Positions 8,493 through 17,881 of a stretch of DNA of 46,596 nt are shown here, piece by piece (positions within the stretch are counted from its first letter, which is position 1; every line of letters begins with the position of its first letter). The position numbers and the translations under genes were made by a program. The notes beneath the pieces were generated by a model. It searched no databases, was not told the DNA's origin, and saw only the letters and a list, made by a program, of their open reading frames with translations. This DNA comes from Candidatus Thorarchaeota archaeon (GTDB lineage: Archaea; Asgardarchaeota; Thorarchaeia; Thorarchaeales; Thorarchaeaceae): assembly GCA_016933575.1 (NCBI GenBank), contig JAFGAR010000152.1:1-46596 (forward strand), in the 5' to 3' direction.

Positions 8493-9707
8493 TTAATTAC
8501 GGCCTTTGCTCTTTTTCTCCATGGCATCCATTATTCGTTGCTGTGCAATCTCTAATGCTACTTGTCTTGGTGTGAGTTTTCTATTAATAGCATCATTAAT
8601 TACACGTTCAGTGTTTTTCTTGATCTTTGTTTCAATCATAGAGAATGCCTCTTCCTCTGTTCCATTCTTATACTCAACATAGGATCCAATCACACCTCCC
8701 GCATTAGCTAGGAAGTCAGGTATGATGATGACATTGTTTTCGAAGAGGTATCTTTCTGCTATCGGGGTAGTTGCATTGTTAGCTCCCTCAACTATCATCT
8801 TTGCTTTGATTGTCTGGCATGTTCCCTCATTTATGACATTTCCAACAGCACATGGAACAAAGATATCGCAATCAAGACCCAAGATAGCATCTCTTGCAAG
8901 GACAGCTCCTTGTTTACAATTTTTGACTGACATTCTTTCACTTGTTGCATATGCAAATGATTCTGCTAAATCGATATCTATGCCCTCCTTATTGTAGATA
9001 GTTCCCCAGTAATCGTTAAGCGCGATAATCTTGGCTCCCTTATTGCTCAGAAACTTTGCAATCCATAGACCTACATTTCCAAAGCCTTGGATGACAACTC
9101 TGGCATCTGCTAAGTCCTTTGGTAGGTCTATCAAGTCTCCAATCATCTCGTATGATTTCTCCAAAGAAACACCCACACCAAATCCCGTTGTACCGAGCTC
9201 ATGCGGGATACCACCAAGCTTCGCAGGTTTTCCAGTTGCGGCCTGACGATCGCCAATAGTTTCGACAAATGCATCAATCTCTTTTTCGCCTACATTCATA
9301 TCGGGGGCAGCAACATAACGTGTGGGTACTGATGGTGCAATTTTTTCAGCAAATGCTCTGATATATTGCAATTTATCAATTGCATAGGGGTCAGCTCGAA
9401 TTCCTGATTTTGCTCCCCCAAAGGGTATATCAGCTAGTGCACACTTCCAGGTCATTGCACGTGCGAGGCCAAAGACCTCTAAGGGTGTAACATTGGATGA
9501 GATTCTAATTCCTCCCTTGCCAGGACCAAGAGCAGTGTTATCAATGACAAGGAATCCCTGCATCCCAGTATTGGGATCATAGACTTGTATGACCTCTTCA
9601 GGGCCCCATGAGTCCAGAAATGATGAAACATTCACTTGATCAAGTACTTCTATGACATGTTTAGTACTTAGTACAGTTTTGCCATCCATTGCTGACATAA
9701 GTATCAC
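8493..9707 (-). CDS. Glu/Leu/Phe/Val dehydrogenase
   Basis: GPGKGGIR, PFGGAKSG, APDMN, QGFGNVG, EGAN and PDFLANAGGV motifs. Confidence 0.93.
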   Translation of the reverse strand: MILMSAMDGKTVLSTKHVIEVLDQVNVSSFLDSWGPEEVIQVYDPNTGMQGFLVIDNTALGPGKGGIRISSNVTPLEVFGLARAMTWKCALADIPFGGAKSGIRADPYAIDKLQYIRAFAEKIAPSVPTRYVAAPDMNVGEKEIDAFVETIGDRQAATGKPAKLGGIPHELGTTGFGVGVSLEKSYEMIGDLIDLPKDLADARVVIQGFGNVGLWIAKFLSNKGAKIIALNDYWGTIYNKEGIDIDLAESFAYATSERMSVKNCKQGAVLARDAILGLDCDIFVPCAVGNVINEGTCQTIKAKMIVEGANNATTPIAERYLFENNVIIIPDFLANAGGVIGSYVEYKNGTEEEAFSMIETKIKKNTERVINDAINRKLTPRQVALEIAQQRIMDAMEKKSKGRN

Positions 9708-9932
9708 TTAAGTATTCCAGAAACGAATATAATATAAACATAATGCATTAGGAATAAATAAAAATACCAATTAATAACACTAATACTTCATTTAATGGTA
9801 TTTTCTAACAATTATTCAGTCTCAAGGAAGGAAAAAGTGGCTTAGAATGCATTAATTTCACTATTATCTACTATTTCCTAAACTGAACTAATGTATTCTT
9901 AATATTACCATAATTGCCATCAAATTTATATA

Positions 9933-11084
9933 TTGATAGGCAATTATGGGACAAGGATTATTCATTATTGTAAAATATTAGCTATATGGATATTCAATAA
10001 TCCGAGGTACGACATGATGAAAGAACTATTGAGTGATCCTCTCAATATCGATATTCTAAGACTTGCATGTTCAGGTCAAGGTGTAGATGTAAATATCAGT
10101 GAATTATCCACCCTGCTAGGAAAACACAGAAATACCATTCAATCAAGATTTGAAAGCCTTATACAACATGAAATAATAGATCACCCTTTCCTTCCTTTTC
10201 AATGGATAATGAATGAACTTCCACTTTTTGTCATTGAAAAGATTAATCTGCCTCGTAATGCCAAAACAAATCTATGGATTGAACTCGATCCGAATATCCT
10301 TGCAGCGTTTTTCGTAAAAGAGGAAGAGTACAATACCCTAATGATTGAACTGCATCAGGACATCTATAATTATCAAGTATGGAAAGAAAGAATCATTGGT
10401 GAAAACCAGATATTATTAAAGGATGGGTTTGATCATATTCCCTCTGAACCATATTATTTGAGTACTAAGGCCATTATAAAAAATCGACCTGAATCAGCCT
10501 TCGATGATTTCAAAGATAATTTTCATCGAGGATATCATCCAAAAGTCAATGGACTAAATCTGGATGATATTGCTATAGACCTTCTAGAAGCCCTTCTCTC
10601 TGGAAAAGGCATCCACATTAATCCAAATAGTCTAGCAAAATCACTCAATGTCCATCGAAAGACAATACAACGTCGACTTGAGATGTTGCTGGATGAGAAG
10701 ATAGTACTTCCGCCAACCTGTCGTTTTCCAAGGATATGGACACCTCCTGATTATTTTCTGGTCATATCTTTGCTTGAAATTCGAAAAAACAAAAACAGAA
10801 TTGCGAAGCTACTTACCGATGATTCTCATATCACTATGCTATTCAAGGCAAATGTGGGTCGATATAACCTACTTTCATTCAACAGTTTCTACAGAATGGA
10901 TGACTACCTAGCATGGGAAGAAGAGTATGATCAGAGATTTCCTGATACTTTTGGGGCAGTGAAAAACTTCTACCTTTCTCCAGCTATGACATTTGCAATA
11001 AATCAACAATACGTATCCTTAGAGTACCTTAATGCACTAAAAGAAAAAGTTAGAGGAAAGGAACTCATGAAGACTATGCAGTAG
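9933..11084 (+). CDS. Duplicated HTH (Lrp/AsnC-like) transcriptional regulator
   Basis: Two internal repeats (NISELSTLLGKHRNTIQSR and NPNSLAKSLNVHRKTIQRR); divergent from the dehydrogenase; real start probably near 10014. Confidence 0.7.
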   Translation: MIGNYGTRIIHYCKILAIWIFNNPRYDMMKELLSDPLNIDILRLACSGQGVDVNISELSTLLGKHRNTIQSRFESLIQHEIIDHPFLPFQWIMNELPLFVIEKINLPRNAKTNLWIELDPNILAAFFVKEEEYNTLMIELHQDIYNYQVWKERIIGENQILLKDGFDHIPSEPYYLSTKAIIKNRPESAFDDFKDNFHRGYHPKVNGLNLDDIAIDLLEALLSGKGIHINPNSLAKSLNVHRKTIQRRLEMLLDEKIVLPPTCRFPRIWTPPDYFLVISLLEIRKNKNRIAKLLTDDSHITMLFKANVGRYNLLSFNSFYRMDDYLAWEEEYDQRFPDTFGAVKNFYLSPAMTFAINQQYVSLEYLNALKEKVRGKELMKTMQ

Positions 11085-11102
11085 TCAGTGGATAGAAGCA
11101 GA

Positions 11103-11168
11103 GGCTGACGGGATTAGGTATTCAGGGGTACTTTCCCATACCTGTCTTGTTGCGCCACCGTTTTTTCC
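11103..11168 (+). repeat. Cassette-delimiting repeat copy 8 (short form, diverged subtype A)
   Basis: GGCTGAC-GGGAT-TAGGTA...TACCTG-TCTT-GTTGCGCCACCGTTTTTT. Confidence 0.8.
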
Positions 11169-11314
11169 CATCTTGTATTTTGTAATTCTAGAAACATATG
11201 TATTCATTATCAATCCATGAATTTTCCTATGATTCTTAATTATCCCAAATATAGTATTATTGCAAAGTAGGCATTTTCCTCCAAAAATGATTTTATAAAC
11301 TCACGAAAATAACT

Positions 11315-11920
11315 ATGGTTATGTCTATACCATCGAGTACTGCAGTAAAAAGAGAACTATCACCAGACCAAAGTGAAGAACTGCTTAGAGTATTGAAAAA
11401 CCGTTTTGAAAAAAACATGAACCGACATAAGGGTCTTGAATGGGCAAAAATACAAGCAAAGCTGGAAGCTAATAGCGAAAGAATTTGGTCATTGAATGAA
11501 ATGGAAAGAACTGGCGGCGAACCAGATGTTGTAGACCATGATAAAAAGACAGGTGAATACATTTTTTATGATTGTTCAGCGCAGAGTCCCGAAGGTCGCA
11601 GAAATGTTTGTTACGACCGTGAAGGACAGGAAGCGAGGGAAAAGAAAGGAATTCATCCAGCAGGTAACGCTATTGATATGGCAGCTGCCATGGGCATCGA
11701 GCTTTTGACAGAAGAACAATATCGAGAACTACAGAAGCTTGGAAAATTCGATACGACGACATCGAGTTGGGTGAAAACACCTCCTGGTATTAGAAAACTC
11801 GGCGGCGCTATCTTTGCCGATTACCGCTATGGCAATGTCTTCGTGTATCATAACAGTGCACCTTCTTTCTATAGTGTTAGGGCGTTCCGTGGTTTGCTGA
11901 GGGTGCCAAACAGCTACTGA
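11315..11920 (+). CDS. DUF4256-like conserved protein (bacterial-type)
   Basis: RFEKNMNRH, SLNEMERTGGEPDV, DCSAQSPEGRR..CYD and VFVYHN...Y..R.FRG motifs. Confidence 0.8.
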   Translation: MVMSIPSSTAVKRELSPDQSEELLRVLKNRFEKNMNRHKGLEWAKIQAKLEANSERIWSLNEMERTGGEPDVVDHDKKTGEYIFYDCSAQSPEGRRNVCYDREGQEAREKKGIHPAGNAIDMAAAMGIELLTEEQYRELQKLGKFDTTTSSWVKTPPGIRKLGGAIFADYRYGNVFVYHNSAPSFYSVRAFRGLLRVPNSY

Positions 11921-11925
11921 AATAC

Positions 11926-12095
11926 TGGACAAAGTTGGACATCTCTTAGATATTTACTGAACCATTCTTATAGGTCTTTAAATACAACAGTCCAGAGATA
12001 GGATCGTGAGGTTGTCCTGACACGCATCTGACCTCACAGAGTCGTTCCCACTGCCGTTTCTGGGAGGACATCACTCTGGTGTCCAAGATTGTCCA
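11926..12095 (-). mobile_element. 170-bp TIR element (MITE-like), copy B, inverted relative to copy A
   Basis: Ends TGGACAAAGTTGGACA and TGTCCAAGATTGTCCA; interior homologous to 5084-5253. Confidence 0.65.
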
Positions 12096-12355
12096 ATTTA
12101 CAATGAACGGTGTAACCTTCGACTTTGACTATCGATAGGTCTTAAACCTGACAGAGTTTGGATATGAACCAAGTGGCTGGATGCAGGAATGACAAAGCAC
12201 AGCGCAGTTGCAATTCTTTTAGTACTAGTAGGACTTGTATCTCTCTTAGACGAGCTATGGATGTTCGGTTTGCCAATAGGGCATATACATCCGGATCTTA
12301 GCGAATGCTTAACCACTGGTTTTTGGCTACATTAAGACCGATTGAGTCAGATATC

Positions 12356-12760
12356 TTATACACAACAAGGGTTGAAATTCCAAATGGAATAACTACCAGA
12401 TAAAATCCCAATGTTTTCAACAGGAATTTGGGTATAATGCAATAAGGCAACTGAACCAACCAGTCCCATAGTTAATATGACAAAACTGATCAGGGTATCT
12501 ATTGCTGTATAGATGCATCCCAATCTCAAGATGATACTATCTTTACGAACTGTCCAATTGTAGAGCAATCCTAATACTATAACGACACTCAGTTCTGACC
12601 ACAGTGTTGGTAAAAATGCCGCCTCGCAAGAGTTGCATAAATTGAAATTATTAACATCAGAACTCCAATAGTTCCGAGAATTGCATTGTTTTTCCTATCC
12701 CTCTTTTTGAGAGTTATTCCTTCTAGAGGTTCAATGAATTCCGCCATGCCACTCTCCATT
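12356..12760 (-). pseudogene. Probable frameshifted membrane-protein gene
   Basis: Consecutive short hydrophobic ORF fragments in different frames downstream of the hydrolase. Confidence 0.35.
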
Positions 12761-13621
12761 TCATGAATCTCCAATGTTGATGATATTGCTAGGCAGTTTA
12801 ACCTCGCTATCGATAATGTCACCAACAATTTTCCAAAAGTAGAGTGGATTCTCTGTATGAAGTCCATGTCCTGCATTGGGAATAAAGAGCATTGGCATCT
12901 TTGCATCTCTTACAAGTTTCTCAGATGATAGTAGTCCCTTATTCTTCTCTCCGTAAATGAAATAGCAGTCAAAATCACAATGGGTCAATAACCTATTGAG
13001 CAAGTCACCCTTGACAGAAATAGGTGCCAGGTCCCTGCTAGACGCCCATATTGTGAATGGTCCTGCCTCTCGAAACGATGTTACAAAGTCAATCATATGT
13101 TCCTCTTCAGAATCACCTAGTATTTTGTTACAGATTTCATCAAATTTCTGTTCGAACTCTGTACGTGTCATATTTGCAAATAGGGATGAAAAGAAGGCAT
13201 CTCCTGCATCGAGGTTTCCTTCCAGATAAAATAGCCCTCTAATCTTCAAGTTGCCTCTGTTTTGTTTCTGTAAAAGTTCAATCAGTGATATCGCAATTGC
13301 TCCTCCCATCGAGTGTGCAAGTATTGAGAGATCTTCAACATGTTCTCTCTCAAGTAGTGTAACAAGGTACTTTGCCTGTTCTTTCATCGTGTATGCTTCA
13401 GTTTTGCCACTCTTGGATGAGTCACCATGTCCTAGCAGATCAGGGACAATCCAAGAGAATCTATCAAGTGAATATGTAGTGAAATGTTTGAGGAACCACT
13501 TGCGACTATCTCCCAATCCATGAATATAGAGGTTCATAATTGGTTGCGCTGGGTTCGTGTAGGTGTAATATACCATCGTTCCGTACTCGGTCTCAAGATT
13601 CTTTGTCATCAATCCAATCAT
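12761..13621 (-). CDS. Alpha/beta-fold hydrolase
   Basis: YIHGLG, PDLLGHGDS, AHSMGG nucleophile elbow and NAGH catalytic His. Confidence 0.9.
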   Translation of the reverse strand: MIGLMTKNLETEYGTMVYYTYTNPAQPIMNLYIHGLGDSRKWFLKHFTTYSLDRFSWIVPDLLGHGDSSKSGKTEAYTMKEQAKYLVTLLEREHVEDLSILAHSMGGAIAISLIELLQKQNRGNLKIRGLFYLEGNLDAGDAFFSSLFANMTRTEFEQKFDEICNKILGDSEEEHMIDFVTSFREAGPFTIWASSRDLAPISVKGDLLNRLLTHCDFDCYFIYGEKNKGLLSSEKLVRDAKMPMLFIPNAGHGLHTENPLYFWKIVGDIIDSEVKLPSNIINIGDS

Positions 13622-14244
13622 AACATAGTGCGCATAGCTTACGAGCCAATTGGCTTTTTCTCTCCGAGATATCTAATAGCCCTCTTTATATTGTCCCTAC
13701 TTAGATAGTTTCAACTGGTCTTATCACTTATGACAAATCTAATTGATGGAATATCCAGAATTGAGGTACCTACACCATTTCCTGTAGGTAGTGTCAATTG
13801 CTACTTGATACTGGTCCAAAGACCTCTGCCCAGAATCTTTGGCACTCATATGCAAGTGAGTCTCTAAGAGGCTTCATTTTTGATAAATTCATTATTAATT
13901 CCGATATCATTAGAGAATCTACGGATCTCCACATTCAGTTCATTAACGTGCTTAATAATTTCAAACTTGAAGAGCGAGAATCTCCCGGGGATGGATGTCT
14001 CTATCAAATCATCGATAATGATTGGCAAGGAATATGTCTAGTAAAGGATGACATTCCTATTCATTTCTACGTTGTAAAAAGGCAATAAAAAACTTTGATT
14101 TATTAAAGTAGAAATTACAGATGCATGTATTGGAGGAATCTTTCTTTATCTCTATGCACTGAACTGCAGGATGACATACCTATTAGGGACAGTATATGAA
14201 AGAAATCTTATATATCGTGCTCTTTCAGGCCTTGTTGATTAACT

Positions 14245-14553
14245 ATGCCTGAATTTGGAAATCCCTTTAATGTAAAGACAAATGAACGTAAATTGACCGA
14301 CTCTGAACTAATTCGTGCAATTAGGTTCATGATTTCAGCAGAATATGAAGCAATCCAACTCTACATGCAACTAGCTGAGTCTACTGACAATAAACTGGCT
14401 AAAGAGGTCTTAATTGACATTGCTGATGAAGAACGAGTCCATGCTGGTGAATTTCTAAAACTTCTCTATCACCTTGCTCCTGATGAAGAAGAATTCTACA
14501 GAGAAGGAATGGAAGAAGTAGAAGAAATCATGGAAAAGCTCGGTACTAAGTGA
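14245..14553 (+). CDS. Small ferritin-like/rubrerythrin-family protein
   Basis: AEYEAIQLY...DIADEERVHAGE diiron motif. Confidence 0.85.
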   Translation: MPEFGNPFNVKTNERKLTDSELIRAIRFMISAEYEAIQLYMQLAESTDNKLAKEVLIDIADEERVHAGEFLKLLYHLAPDEEEFYREGMEEVEEIMEKLGTK

Positions 14554-14600
14554 CTTCCATATCACTAACCTATGTGAATTGTAAAATTTCTTCCTTACTA

Positions 14601-16613
14601 CTACTGCATTTCACAGGTAGGACATCCTGAATAGAGTACCTGTAATCCATCAAGGCACCCATCACGGAAGACAGTTATCCCCTTGAGACAGAGTTCATCT
14701 GCCAGTAAGAATATTCTCTCAACATCATCAATCGTCGAATGACTTGGTAGATTGACAGTTTTGGACACTGCATTGTCGGTATGTTTCTGAAATGCCGCCT
14801 GCATCCTAACATGCCAAGTTGGATTAATCTCATGTGCGGTTTTAAACAGCTTTTTGACATCCTCTGGGATAGTTCCAATCTCTTGTATAGACCCTGTTCT
14901 GGCAACCTGCCGTTCAAGTTCTTCGCTCCACATTCCTCGCCTCTCAGCCATATCCTTGAAGAGTGGATTCACTTCGCTAAGATGAATTCCCTCAGCTAGC
15001 ATTCTGCTGTGAGAAACAGCAAACAATGGTTCAATCCCACTGGTTGTCTGAGCTATCAGACCAATACTACCTGTTGGTGCAATTGTTATCAAGGCTGCAT
15101 TTCGTTTCCAGCTGTTCCTCTGTTTCAGGTTTGCAAAATTCTCAAAGTTACCTCTGGTCCTTGCCAGTTCCGCAGATGACCGTTCAGCCCTTTTTCTAAT
15201 GAAGGCTATTACTTCTTCAGCTTTTTCAATAGCCTCTACCGAATCATAAGCAATGCCCAGTTGTATAAGGAACTCAGCAAATCCCATTATTCCAAGTCCA
15301 ATCTTTCGGTTAGCTTTTGTTACCTTCTCAATCTCACTTATTGGGTATACATTGAGATCAATGATATTATCGAGGAATCTTACAGACAGTCGTATGACAT
15401 CTTCGAGTCGTTCCCAGGTAATCCGTCCATCCTTGACCATCTTCGAGAGATTGATACTTCCCAGTACGCATGATTCGTACGGTAAAAGAGGTTGTTCTCC
15501 ACAGGGGTTTGTCGACTCTATCAATCCATCCTTGAGCGGGTGCTCTTCATTGATACGATCTATGAAAATGATACCTGGGTCTCCTGTGCTCCACGCATTG
15601 TAAACAATAGCATCGAATATGGCTCTTGCTTTTACAGATTTTCCTGTCTCTTTTGTACTAGGATTGACAAGTTTGATCTCAGTATCACTCTTCAGTGCTG
15701 ACATGAACGCCTTTGTTATGGCCACTGAAATATTGAAGTTCTTGAATGTCCGCTTATCAGATTTGCACGAGATGAACTCTATGATATCTGGATGATCACA
15801 ACGAAGTATAGCCATGTTCGCGCCTCTTCTCCGTCCACCTTGCTTGATTACATCCGTTGCAGTATCATAGACTCGCATAAAGGATACTGGCCCACTGGCA
15901 ACACCACCAGTTGTACCCACTCTTGATCCCTTAGATCTCAATCTAGAGAAAGAAAATCCCGTACCTCCACCTGACTTCTGAACAATAGCCATGTGCCTGA
16001 GCGATGTGAAAATTGAGTTCATATCATCATCGATGGGAAGGACGAAACAAGCGCTGCACTGACCAAGCTCTGTACCAGCATTGAAGAGCGTGGGACTATT
16101 AGGCAGAAATTCAAGATTTGCCATCATATAATAGAAGAGGTCGTCATACTCCTTCACATTAGCATTCTCATCATACATCTTCTCAATACTCGCTACAGCT
16201 GATGAGACCCTTCGAAAGAGCTGCGATGGTGTTTCAATAGGATTTCCATCTTCATCCTTCAGTAAATATCTCTTAAGCACAGTTGCTGCATTTGGCCCAA
16301 ACTTGAGATCATCCACAACACCTACCTGTTGGAGGATTCTTCGAATCTCGCTGTGTTTCTCTCGATATTTCATGTAACGTCGCGCAATGTCAGTATATCC
16401 TCGTAGCATCAGGGTATCTTCAACAATGTCTTGGATATCTTCGATGTTAATGATATCTTCTCCTCGCTCAGTGATTATTTGTACCACTTCTTTTGTGATT
16501 CCACGAACTGGGCTCGCATCTTGATTTCCTGCTTCGAAGGCTTTTGTGATAGCGACTTCGATCTTTGTTTCATCGAAATCTACTATTCTTTTATCGCGTT
16601 TCTCTACCTTCAC
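14601..16613 (-). CDS. nrdJ: Class II (adenosylcobalamin-dependent) ribonucleotide reductase with N-terminal ATP cone
   Basis: KVEKRD ATP cone, PNSPTLFN, SACFVL, TNPCGEQPL, IAPTGSI and C-terminal CPTC. Confidence 0.92.
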   Translation of the reverse strand: MKVEKRDKRIVDFDETKIEVAITKAFEAGNQDASPVRGITKEVVQIITERGEDIINIEDIQDIVEDTLMLRGYTDIARRYMKYREKHSEIRRILQQVGVVDDLKFGPNAATVLKRYLLKDEDGNPIETPSQLFRRVSSAVASIEKMYDENANVKEYDDLFYYMMANLEFLPNSPTLFNAGTELGQCSACFVLPIDDDMNSIFTSLRHMAIVQKSGGGTGFSFSRLRSKGSRVGTTGGVASGPVSFMRVYDTATDVIKQGGRRRGANMAILRCDHPDIIEFISCKSDKRTFKNFNISVAITKAFMSALKSDTEIKLVNPSTKETGKSVKARAIFDAIVYNAWSTGDPGIIFIDRINEEHPLKDGLIESTNPCGEQPLLPYESCVLGSINLSKMVKDGRITWERLEDVIRLSVRFLDNIIDLNVYPISEIEKVTKANRKIGLGIMGFAEFLIQLGIAYDSVEAIEKAEEVIAFIRKRAERSSAELARTRGNFENFANLKQRNSWKRNAALITIAPTGSIGLIAQTTSGIEPLFAVSHSRMLAEGIHLSEVNPLFKDMAERRGMWSEELERQVARTGSIQEIGTIPEDVKKLFKTAHEINPTWHVRMQAAFQKHTDNAVSKTVNLPSHSTIDDVERIFLLADELCLKGITVFRDGCLDGLQVLYSGCPTCEMQ

Positions 16614-17482
16614 TGTTGAATCTCCTTAGCTTTTTGTACTCTCAATATCTGAACTCAACAATCTGCTATAAGCACAACTCAAAATCTTGTGGTTGCTCGG
16701 ATTAATTATCCTTCTCAATGAGAACTAGTCTATTTGCTATTTACACATATTGGAATCTTTCCAGTCTATTTCATTTAACCTGAATTTGTCAGGATAATTG
16801 AAGTACAGAAATTGTATGATGCGGCGCGAATTTGCAGGTATCAAAGGATTGATATCTATTTATTCATTATAGTTAATTACCCAAGTGGGAGAGTACGCAA
16901 AGGACACAAAGCGTCTACGCTCTGAGTTCATTGCTCAAAACGACGAAAGAGCTATGAATGATAGAAACATTGCATAGATGGGTCGAACAAGTGTCTAAGG
17001 CTTATAATCCGCTTGGGTTTCTTCATTTTGATATTATTCTTTAAGGAACCTCAAAGTGAATTTTAGATTGAATCCGATTAGTGATAGAATCATGAATTAT
17101 ATGCACAGTTTCGAAGCAAACTGTTCTTCTTCCGACTATGGTTTTCGATTACTATGATTAGGTGTGAGTCTGACAAGAATATACACAGACTTTACTTCTA
17201 TTGATTAAGTACCTTGATTATTTCTCGAGTTGTCACAAGTGTTGCTCCATGGACTTCCTTCATGTGTCTAAGGGCAAAATTATGATTCTCTATGGAGAGA
17301 AGATATGGCTTATTCCTATATTCAGTCAGGAATATGAAAAATATGTAGTAGACACCCACGGAGATATTTCACTCAGAAGACACAATTCTATCTAGTAGCA
17401 ATGCTAATCCTAGACTTGATTGGTATTTTTCTATAAAGAATGTCCTAGTCTTGAATCAAAATATCTTGTCTTATGCCATCAA

Positions 17483-17758
17483 CTATTTCGGATATTCCTT
17501 GAATGCTAGCCATCGATTGCCTTCTTCATCTGTGAATATTATCATCTTCATGTTCAGATCCTTAGCGTATCCTCGAAGTGTATGATGGGTGACTCCCATG
17601 TATTTCTCTACATCTTCCAAACTCATGGGTTCTCCTACTTCCTTGTATTTTGCGAGAAGTTTTTTGAATCTTGGATAATTTCTCGACCGTCCCCTACGAT
17701 ATCTCAACTCTCTCTCAGTCTTAGTTTTAATTTCGTCTAATTCCACTGTATTATACAC
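17483..17758 (-). CDS. Hypothetical small basic protein, possible HTH
   Basis: MSLEDVEKYMGVTHHTLRGY resembles an HTH; AGGTG-like start context and TATA-rich upstream region. Confidence 0.55.
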   Translation of the reverse strand: MYNTVELDEIKTKTERELRYRRGRSRNYPRFKKLLAKYKEVGEPMSLEDVEKYMGVTHHTLRGYAKDLNMKMIIFTDEEGNRWLAFKEYPK

Positions 17759-17881
17759 CTAATTAGTTTCTATTATATATGATATGTGTACTTAATATAT
17801 AAGTATTATCAAATCTCTATCGTATACCTATCATAACACTTATTACAAACAATTCCTATACTATACTAAGGACTGACTAAG

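Noticed and set aside
751-11168. Repeats as a CRISPR array
   Set aside because: Spacing is about 0.9-3.5 kb with whole genes between copies, the repeats vary in length, and there are no cas genes.
5254-11925. Segment already inverted between the two 170-bp elements
   Set aside because: Repeat copies 5-8 inside the segment keep the same orientation as copies 1-4 outside it.
13798-14088. 96-aa ORF as a confident gene
   Set aside because: It has a TTG start and no recognisable motif, and may be a fragment.
14601-16613. Intein in the ribonucleotide reductase
   Set aside because: The catalytic motifs are contiguous and the length leaves no room for one.
16620-17480. Long gene-poor stretch, including the 64-aa ORF at 17201, as an RNA gene or mobile element
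   Set aside because: I saw no convincing stems, repeats or protein motifs; it may be decayed coding DNA.
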